Shown: positions 53,749 through 64,000 of the stretch, piece by piece
How the letters are laid out: the number at the start of each line of letters is the position of its first letter
Position numbering within the stretch: position 1 is the stretch's first letter
Source of the DNA: Octopus sinensis
Lineage: Eukaryota
Reading direction: 5' to 3'
Assembly (NCBI RefSeq): GCF_006345805.1
Contig: NC_043001.1
Span: 77,872,001-77,936,000, forward strand
DNA: 64,000 nucleotides
Position numbers and translations under genes: made by a program
The notes under the pieces: generated by a model
What the model was told of the DNA's origin: nothing
Database searches by the model: none
What the model saw: the letters and a program-made list of their open reading frames with translations, nothing else

Positions 53749-54910
53749 TAAGGAAGTATAGACATTTTTATCAAAAATATAGATAATATATAAAAGGTGC
53801 AACGGTGGTGTGTTGTTAAAAAGTTCGCTTCGCAACAACATTGTTCTGGATTCACTTCTGCCTTGCTGTACTTTCATTTTCTATTGATTTGATTTCATCC
53901 TTGGTTTTTTACGGAAACTTTGTACCATATTTTCCGCTATACAAATCGATGTAATATGTATAGTAAACATTGAAACTTCGTTACTATCTTTCGAAATCCT
54001 GATGCAGTTCATAGAAGTTTTGGTCCTCCTAGGTCATATTGGTGTATAAATTCATCGTGTAACTGTCAGTCTGAAAAATTCGACATATATTCTAGATTGT
54101 AGATGATGGACTTGTATCATATCTTACCAGCATAAGGAATCAGATTGATATCTTTATACATAGAGACAGTTGCCTTATACTCTCGGTGATTGGATGAAAC
54201 TGAGACTATGAAACGATCCTTAATTGGGATTCTCTTCACATCCCGTCGACCTGGTACAAAAAAAAAGCCAAATCTATTGCATATAACATCATATAATTAT
54301 TTATAACTAGGCTTGTAATAAGCCCCACGACTCATAAGGTCGGAACTTAAACCTGTTTCCGTGATGTATGGGTGACTGAGATTACGATACTGCTCCTCAC
54401 TCTGAACAGGACCCTTGTTTTTTGCAGGCTTAACTTCTCAGTTATGACTGGAACTGATTTAATATTGAGTGGACTACAACGACATGAAACAAAGTATTTT
54501 GCATGAGAACGCAACACATCTCCCGGTCCGGGAATGGAATCCACGATTTTATGATCGTAAGTGCAACATACTAACCAGTAGGTCATGCGCTTTTACTATC
54601 ATATTTCATCGTCTTAAAAATGCAAAGAACACACTGGGTATTATAATCCTTAATATGCAAAACGAAAAGTGGTCATTGCGTTAACACATGTGGTATGTCT
54701 GGTTAAACTGAGATAACCAGGTGATACTATATAACAAATAGTTCAGTTGTTAAAAGAAGATATTTATTATGTATAAAACTTGAGAGTTTTATCACACTGA
54801 GAAGAATACGACGTTTTGTTTTCTTGTTAGTAAAGAGTAATGTGTTATTTCCTTGTTGAATAATAGTTTACTGATGCTTAAGTATAGAGAAAGTAATCAA
54901 TTGTCTACCG

Positions 54911-55196
54911 CAGTCGTTCACAAAGTGGGTGATATTATCCTCACCCCAGAAGCAGTGGAATGATTCAGAGGGTGCTGTAGAAAGGTGGGGTGACAACGGG
55001 GTGGCCAAAAGGAGGCGGCGAATGGAAAAACAACAAAATAATGGGTTAATTAGGTTACTGTGAAATACAGTTGATTTGAATTTACTGCAGAAAATTGTCT
55101 ATGTTTGTGGGGGTGAATGGCTAAAGCGATGGGCGCTAGAAATGAGGCCCTGAGTGCCAATGGGGTGGCATCCCAAAAGACGTTTGAGAACCACTG
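54911..55196. mobile_element. hAT (Charlie-like) MITE
   Basis: TIRs CAGTCGTTCACAAAG and GTTTGAGAACCACTG; 8-bp flanks GTCTACCG and GTCTAGTT share GTCTA. Confidence 0.6.
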
Positions 55197-55479
55197 GTCT
55201 AGTTTTAATTTATGGCTCCTAAGGTCTATAATAGCTGATATAGTAAGCCTTGAAGTCTCAATAACTTCCTTCCGGGGGCCCGGTCCATGTACTTCCACCA
55301 GAACTAACTTCACTAAATGCGCTAAAGACTCAACCCTAGGCTAGGACATGTCGATCTGCATCATCCTACGATCAAATGAGGGATTATAGTCCATACAATA
55401 TTTAAAATTGGTGTATAGTTGACAATAATTTCGTAAACAACAGCCCTTAACAGGCACTTCGTCAGACAGGGCTACCAGA

Positions 55480-55760
55480 GTTTCTGCTGGTCCGGTCAAC
55501 GGAACAGACTGCTCATGAAACTAAAGTACAAGTGGTTGAGCACCCCGCAGACATGCGTACTTTTAATTTCGTTCCTCAAGGAGTTTCAGCTTGACACAAA
55601 ATGTAAGAACGCTGGCCCTTTGAATTACAAGTACAATTCATTTTTGCTAGCTGAGAGGTCTGTAGCAACGTGAAATAAAGTGTCTTCCTCAAGGACACAA
55701 CACGACACCGAGAATCGAACTCAAGGTCGTGAGCGGAATACCTTATCGTCAAGCCAAGTG
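55480..55760 (-). mobile_element. SINE, same family as 18800-19127
   Basis: Collinear similarity. Confidence 0.65.
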
Positions 55761-55768
55761 AGAGAGAG

Positions 55769-55806
<38 letters not shown>

Positions 55807-56279
55807 TAAAAGACAGATAGTCAAAGAGACAGTGTGACAGACAGATAGATAGATGTCTCGAGCACAAGAATAACCGTATGTATGCTATGGATTAAATGCA
55901 GAGCAATTTATGTATATATATATGTCTGTACAATATGTATGTGTGTGTATGTAGGTGTATAACACACACACACTCACATACAGACACACATGTATTTGCT
56001 CGTATTCGTGCATTCGTGGTGAATGTTTCATCTTGCCAGATGTCAGTTATCTCTTGTAAGCCATCCGTTCGTATAGTAGTGGATTATAGTGACATAGACT
56101 TGTACGACACGCAGGTTACTCTCTAAATATCTGTAGTTAAATTCCCTGTGACAGGCAAGAAATGGGACATCAGAAACGATTTCAACAGTAAGATTAATAT
56201 CAAAGGGCCTTGTCCTACACTTTTACAGAAGGGTTAGCGATATATAAGTAGTATATATGTATCTATTACATATGAATCC

Positions 56280-56280
56280 G

Positions 56281-56327
<47 letters not shown>

Positions 56328-56364
56328 TTCTCTCTGTCTCTCTGTCTCTCTCTTTCTCTCTCTC

Positions 56365-56397
<33 letters not shown>

Positions 56398-56401
56398 ATC
56401 T

Positions 56402-56437
<36 letters not shown>

Positions 56438-56674
56438 GTGTGTGTATGTGAATGTATATATATTATATATATATGATTTAAATTTATATTTATATATATG
56501 CATATATATATATATATACATATAAACATACACCTATATATAATTATGCATTTATATACATATATATATAATTATATATATAATATATATATATATATGT
56601 AATATATACAATATATATTGCGTGAACAGGCGTGTCTATATATAGGTATATATATAATATATATATATATATAG

Positions 56675-56711
<37 letters not shown>

Positions 56712-57045
56712 ATATATACGTATATAATGCGTGCGTAGACGTACGTCTGTATGTATTATGTAAGTATACATATATATGTATTATGATTGAATATCCATGT
56801 AAGCACACACATTTATAAAATGTATATATATATGAGTATATATATGTGTGTATGTACACAGATAAAAATACGCACATACATGCATGCATATATATATATA
56901 CATACATGCGTGCATATATATATTTATACATATATATATATATGTATATACATCTATATAAATATACACCTACACTCACACATATATATATACACGCACA
57001 TACATGACCACATACACTCACACATACTCACAAATATATATACAT
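56280..57045. repeat. Compound microsatellite field
   Basis: Direct. Confidence 0.9.
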
Positions 57046-57744
57046 GATGTCGATACAAAATGATGGATGAATATCATTAAAAATGTAGTAAGTTGAGATA
57101 ATATGAAATCTATTTTCCCTCTTTTACGTGACTCTTTCATCTCTCCGATAAATCCACTGACTTATTGTTTTGTTGTTTAGCTGTTTATTGCTAGACGTAT
57201 TATCAGTTATTGTTTTTTTTTTATCTGATATTCTTAGTATTGCTGTCCCGGTGGTTGTTGTATTGCACTTATAGTATTTGTTGCAGCTATAAACATCCGC
57301 TTTTGCAGAAAAATGCAGTATTTACAAATAGTATGAAAGGTTTCTTGGACTCCTTGATTTTCCCTTAGGCAAGAGTTCCATTTTGGAAAAAAGATGTTTT
57401 GCTTTGTTTTTCTTTACAGACGTTTCCTTTTTCTTGTCTCTTACTTGACGTAAAGCTACGGGGTAAAAAAGCTAGCGCGTTGGGAAAAATGTTGGCTGTA
57501 TCAGTTGTTAAAGACATCCCCATCGCAAATTCTACTGGTTACCTTTATCTTTCATCCGTTCAGTGTCCATAAACTTAGTACCACTCAACAACTGAAATTG
57601 GGAGTTGATGTAATCGACTTCCCAGGTACCTCAAAATTGCTGGCCTTGTGCTAAAATTTGAAAGAGTTATTGTTAATAGCTGGCATTAAGGAGGTGTGCT
57701 GGTAGTAGTATCGCGTGCTGGCAGGACCGTTAGCACGCTGGAAA

Positions 57745-58195
57745 TATACTTTTGTACTCTAGGAACAAGGCCCGAAATCTTCGTGGAGGGGGTCAGTCGA
57801 TTAGATAGACCCTAGCACGCAACTGATACTTAATTTATTGACCCCGAAAGGATGAAAGGAAAAGTCGACCACGGCAGAATTTGAACTCAGAACGTAGAGA
57901 CAGACAAAATACCTATTTCTTTACTACCCACAAGGGGATAAACACAGAGGGGACAAACAAGGACAGACAAACGGATTAAGTCGATTATATCGACTCCAGT
58001 ACATAACTGGTACTTATTCAATCGACCCCGAAAGGATGAAAGGCAAAGTTGACCTCGGCGGAATTTGAACCCAGAACGTAAAGGCAGATGAAATACCTAT
58101 TTCTTTACTACCCACAAGGGGCTAAACACAAAGGGGACAAACAAGGACACTCAGCATTTAACCCTACGTGCGAACGTTTCTGCCAGCTCTCTGCG
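57745..58195 (-). mobile_element. Nested SINE array: head, 51-bp tail-only unit, 184-bp unit, then body with other tail
   Basis: Junctions at 57913/57914 and 58097/58098, same sequence as in 9520-10105. Confidence 0.85.
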
Positions 58196-59969
58196 TTAGC
58201 ACGCTGGAAATATTGCGATGTTGATATAATCAACACTCCATTTCTATCATAAGTGCTGGCCCGGTACTAAAATTTGAAAATATTATTGTAGCAGGCTGGT
58301 AGAATCGTAGGCTCGCCGGGAAGAAACGAGCTAAGCCGCATTTCCTCTGGCTTTACGTTCGGAGTTGAGATTCCGCTGAGACAGACTTTGCCTTTTATTT
58401 ATTTGCGTTCGATGAAATAAGCGCCAGAGCTGAGGTCGATGTAATCGATTAGCCACGCCTTCTACCAAAATTTCAGGCATTATATATAAATTATTAGCGG
58501 TGTTCTTGTTCTATATTTCTAATTTATCCCCTTCAAATACGTCGATTATATCCTTTGATCAAGAATAAGATACATCTTGTAGACTACGTATATCGTTTAA
58601 GTTCAACGCGGATGTTGGTGGCTTATAAAAATATTAAATGCTATCGCTCGTGTCCAAGATTAGCAGATATGCTTTAAATTAGAAAGAGTCAATATATACT
58701 TTTTGAGATACTCCCTTACTATCTTTACAATTCCTAATATTGCTGTTTTCATGCACGTGCTTCTGTCTATCTTCATGGCTTATTAGTTTAACAATGTCTT
58801 TTACAAAAATCATTACATATAACTGCAGCTGTGCCAACTTCAATTGGAAGGTGGAATATGCATTTTTTATTGCCGTAATAGTTTAGTTCAACATGCAGAT
58901 TAGTGTAATTCCTTGGCTTTCTAGTTCACTTGTACTGAACATTGCAGGTACAGGTACACCATCGATTTTCAGGAACATCTGCTTCTTAAGCCACTCTATT
59001 TTTCGAAACCAGGAATGGCAAGGTTCAATGTAGCAGTCTGGTGCAATGTGCCAGTTTAAATGGCCTGGCAGCCGCGGCCACTTGTGGTTGTAAATTGGTG
59101 CAGATTGTAAAAGATTCTAGTCCTTCAATTTCTAAAAAGTCGGTGTTGTAGGTGTATTTGGTATTGACATATATATAATTCACTATTTTCATTTTTGCAG
59201 TACCTCTGTAAAGTTCGTTGTGTGTTTATACAGTGATATCGTGATATTGTCTAAGATATGTGAACATTTATACGAGTATCACACTCACAGACACAACATA
59301 TATATACATATATAGATGCATCCGACAATGGATGCATATGCAGGGGTGTTGCTAAGTTTTTAGAGGTTTTTTTTTTATCCAAGAACTTGTGGGTGCGGTT
59401 TCTTTTTCCAAGCGGTGCAATTTCGTTTTCTTTTTTACACGTTACCTGACTGCGGTATACTCAGCTGTTTTTCACGATACCTGACACCAGTTTACTCAGC
59501 TGTTTTTCACGTTACATTACTCCGGTCTACTGAGAGACGAACTGGCGTCCGTTGAGAGACAGTGTAGTGACCTCGGTCACTTACACTCAATCAAACCAGG
59601 TAACCATCTAGACGAATCCTGGGAATCGTGACGCTAATGTCCAAAACAACTAAAATATATCAACATACGTATGCATAAGCATATGTATACAGATATATAT
59701 TTATGTTTTGCATTTTGAGTGACCATGATTAAATCAGACATAGAATTTACCAAAGTTAAAACAGAAGAACACCACCCCGTCCTTTTACCCGACTCCCAAG
59801 ATTATTATAGTCTCTTTGCGTATAGATTATTCACAAAGGACGTGGGCTATGTCGAGCTGTCATATAGTTATGTCAACAACAAGCTGTAGAAACGTTTAGT
59901 GTTTCGAGAACGTTTGATTTTTAATAGACATTCTCACTTCTAGATGTGAGAAGCTAGAAAATTGTAAAC

Positions 59970-59994
59970 AACGCACACACACACACACACACAT

Positions 59995-60025
<31 letters not shown>

Positions 60026-60790
60026 ACTGCATACACACATATATAGGTATATATATGTATGTAAATATATGTATATCTGTCTATCACTCTATCTGTCTTT
60101 GCATGTATGTATGTATACATGTAAGTATATATATATGCATATTTATATATGTATGTATATATATATACATGTATGCATATATACATATATATATATAATA
60201 TACATACATATTTATGTATATATTTATGTGTGTGTATACATATATATATATTTATATGTATATATGTATATATATGTATATACATATATGTGTGTATATA
60301 TATATATATAATATATATATATATACACACATCTATGTGTATGTATTGATCTTATGTGACCACTCTCACAATAAAAAGTCTGTGAAAACACCTATTGAAA
60401 AACAGACACATACGTGCGTGTAAACACACACACACATACACATACACACACACACACATGCGTGTACACATAGACGTACACGCACGTATACACGAATATA
60501 GTGTTATTTTCTATACTTATTTTCCGATCACATCATCAATAAGTTATGTGCAAATTTCTCTAGGTAAAAGTTGAAACGAAAAAACAAGTTGAATAGCACT
60601 CGCTTTTTTCTATATTTAAAAAAAAATGTCTTCACACCCTGAAAAATTAAAAACCACTTTCACTAGCACATTTAGACTTCAGTTGTTTTTCATCTCGTGT
60701 GTGTACCTGTCTGTCTCTCTGTTTTCAATGCATGCGTGTATGTGTATATATGTATGTATGTTTGTATGTATGTACGTATGTATGTAATGT

Positions 60791-60833
<43 letters not shown>

Positions 60834-60868
60834 TATATATGGTATATACATGTATGTAGATGTATATA

Positions 60869-60905
<37 letters not shown>

Positions 60906-60985
60906 TACACTCATACATATATATTAATATTATACGCACATATACATATATATGTATCATCTATCTATCTATCTATCTATCTATC

Positions 60986-61016
<31 letters not shown>

Positions 61017-61100
61017 CTATATATATTTATATATATAAACGGATGTACGTATGTTTGTATGTTCGTATATATAAACAAACACATATGCGCTTATGTACAT
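59970..61100. repeat. Compound microsatellite field
   Basis: Direct. Confidence 0.9.
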
Positions 61101-62961
61101 ATACTTAAACATATATACACATAAGTATATACAAGTGCATTCACTAGACACACTAATATATTTGTATTTTAACATGTTCATGCAATACTAAATTCACGTA
61201 TGTTTTTATACATATACACGCATTAAGATACAGACATACACACAGCAATGGCTTTCTCTATTTTTCTCTCCCTAAGTAATATGAAAAGTACTTCCTCAAA
61301 GAATTTAAAGCAACATAAGACAACAACAACGGCAACAAACAAACAACAGTAGTAGCAACAAATACACTATATCAAATCAGAGTCCTCCAACAAGAACCTC
61401 ACGTGATTGTATTGCTCCCCACTCCCCAAAAGTCATCCTCTCTCATATTCTGGCAATAGTTGTTTACTATTTAACTTTGTAACTCATTTCCCTCCATTAG
61501 CGATTCTCTTTTAGACTATTGGTATTTCTGTTTAGTCAGGAAGCGATCATACTGGAGCCTTATATATATATATATATAAAACCTAAGTTCTTGAAGAGTC
61601 TTCTACAATGACGTAATGTGTTCCGAAGCAGAGTACCGCAATATCCACTTGCTTTCCCACACTCAAACACAAACTCATTTTTGCACATATACGCACACAG
61701 CATAAATGTATGTATGCCTGCATGCATGTATGCGGACATATATGTATGTGTAAATAGAGAGAGAGAGAGAGAGTGTGTGTGTGTGTGTGTGTGTGTGATA
61801 GATAGATATATTGATAGACTGATAGGAAGGGTGGTAGTGAGGGTAATAGGTATCTAGGTCGCTTGATAGATAAATAAAGGCATACACATAACACATGCAA
61901 ACTCAAACGGCAAATAGGAGACAAAGATATAACTGCTGGAGTTAAACGAGTGAATGTAAGTGAATTAAATACCGTACAAATATAAAGGAGAAAACAACAA
62001 TCAAAGAAATGTACAATGAATATTTAATAGTCTAAAGGAAGACACAGAAGACAGTCCAATATTCGGGTACAACCTTTAATCAAAGAGAAGGCACTGTTGC
62101 ATTCGTTTGAAACTGAGGAATTGGATTCTCTCCGCAGACACAATGAGTTGTGATTAACAATATGTGCATTTCTGATCATGAGCAGAAATAGGGGAAACAT
62201 CATAGCCATGTGTTGAGAGGTATTTTGCAATAACAAAATTTGAAAGAAATATTGGCCATATTTTATACGTTTCATCTAGCAAATAGGAATTATTTCATAC
62301 TTTCCATCTAGCAATAGGAATTGTTTCAAGTATGAGAACGCACACGATGTAATGTGATGAATATTTCAAAAATAGATAATTTGCAGTAAGTCTGGATGAC
62401 GAGCTTTAGGTATATTCATACAAAAAGCGAAATCAATTGATCCTGGAATATTTATTCCTTACTTCTGTAGCTGATACAAGGTAAGCCTATTTCTGTTATA
62501 TTCGTTGCACTCGCCGTATGTATTTTAATAGTGAGAAATATGTGGTTTTGGAGCGATAGCTCTATTTATAGCTAGTTAAGTGGTATCTTGATGTGCGACT
62601 AAATTTGTTTATATATACCGGAGAAAGCACATAAATGTGAAACAAGGTGGAAGAAAGCGTACTCAAATACCAGAGGTAGAGTAATATGCTTTATTTAAAA
62701 ACAGCAGAAATATACCAAAAGCTGTGTGTGTGTGTTTGTATGCATCTTTGTACATATACAAATTTATGTGTGTGAATATGTTTGTACGTTTCAATGAATA
62801 TTCGTGTGTCATAATTTATAAAGAAAGGGAGTCATGTTTGTAGCTATTACACTGTGTAACACGATCTTATTGTCCCTCGGTAGCAACTGTTATTTCCTAT
62901 TTGCTAGACAGAAAGTATGAAAAACGCTCAATATTTCCTTCAAACTTTGCGTTTGTTTTAT

Positions 62962-63130
62962 TTATTCAAACCCCCAAAGAATACCTCTCAACACATGGCA
63001 ATGATGCTTCCCCTACTACTCCTGCTCGTGATCAAAGATACACATATAGTTAATCACAAAGAGACATGGTCAAGTGCTTAAGATCAAGCAACTAACAAGC
63101 AAATCTGTGCTTTTGAGGAGAATATTTGCA
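62962..63130 (-). mobile_element. Diverged internal fragment of the ~560-bp element
   Basis: CCCCAAAGAAT.CCTCTCAACACATGGC.ATGATGCT..CTGCTCGTGATCA match. Confidence 0.65.
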
Positions 63131-63334
63131 ATAACGATATTTCTGCTTCAGCAACTCAGCACTGGATATGCCTGCAATGTAATGGAAAATAGGTCAGTTT
63201 TGTGCCCAAGCCACAAAAGCAAAGGTGGAAGAGAATAGTAATCATTTTCTTTGATTTTTAACTCGAAACATATAGCAAAATAGACTTACTAAACGAAGAT
63301 AAAAAAAATGATAAATATAAAAAAAATTGCTACA

Positions 63335-63812
63335 CAGGCGTAGGAGTGGCTGTCTGTTAAGTAGCTTGCTTACTAACCACATGGCTCCGGCTTCAGTCCC
63401 ACTACGTGGAAACTTGGGCCTTTAGTCTTCTACTATAGCCACGGGTTGACAAAAGCCTTGTGAGTGGATTTAGTAGAGGGAAACTGGAAGAAGCCCGTCG
63501 TATATATATATAATAATATATATATATATATAATATATTATATATAATATTATATATATACATATTTGTGTGTGTGTGTGTGTGTGTTTGTATGTATATG
63601 TTTGTGTGTCTGTTTGTCCTGTTCCCTCAGCATCGCATGATAACCGATGTTGGTGTGTCTACGTCACCGTAATTTAGTGGTTCGGCAGAATTAACCGATA
63701 GAATAAGTACTAGGCTTACAAAGAATAAGCTCTGGGGTCGATTTGCTCGACTATAAAGCCGGTGCTCCAGGATGGCTGCAGTCAACTGACTGAAACAAGT
63801 AAAAGAGTAAAA
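63335..63812 (+). mobile_element. Full-length tRNA-derived SINE with internal microsatellite
   Basis: Head AGGCGTAGGAGTGGCTG, B-box-like GCTTCAGTCCC, tail GACTGAAACAAGTAAAAGA. Confidence 0.8.
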
Positions 63813-64000
63813 GGGAAAAGAGTAGTATTATAGTTCTTGAATGATCTTTTAAATCATTGGGCCTAAGACTCCATCGGGCAGAGTCGATCTCAACTGGATT
63901 TGAACTGAAAAAACGTAAACGAAATTAACATTATTTAACACAAACCGCTTTGTACAATGCTCTAACACTCCTACTCTACAACTTTCTATTTCAAACCGAT

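Noticed and set aside
57380-57560. Possible exons on either strand
   Set aside because: Splice sites weak or unpaired; no recognisable protein.
62270-62330. About 30-bp direct repeat
   Set aside because: Ordinary local duplication.

Overview
AT-rich, microsatellite-saturated eukaryotic non-coding DNA. The repeat families and their density suggest an octopus/cephalopod intron or intergenic region (inference). Almost all ORF-track calls are artefacts of (TA)n, (CA)n, (TCTA)n and (TAA)n repeats. The dominant feature is a head-to-tail pair of ~5.8-kb Tx1-clade (L1 group) non-LTR retrotransposons at 29258-35081 and 35115-40980. Each has ORF1 (CCHC knuckle) and ORF2 (APE endonuclease, RT, CCHC) and sits in (ATT)n. 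The same microsatellite cluster also holds an R4/Dong remnant and copies of a ~560-bp (TAA)n-associated element. Elsewhere are R4/Dong and Penelope remnants, mariner derivatives, hAT and pogo-like MITEs, a non-autonomous Helitron, many tRNA-derived SINEs and one candidate host exon (25544-25622). Best leads: (1) a SINE family shares its 3' tail, including a compensated stem-loop with loop CUUGU, with the Tx1 LINE, and forms 184-bp self-nested arrays; (2) minimal type I hammerhead ribozymes lie in Penelope-type fold-back structures, one directly behind a tRNA-like Pol III head; (3) a Tx1 ORF2 fragment is embedded inside a SINE. All alignments and folds were done by eye.
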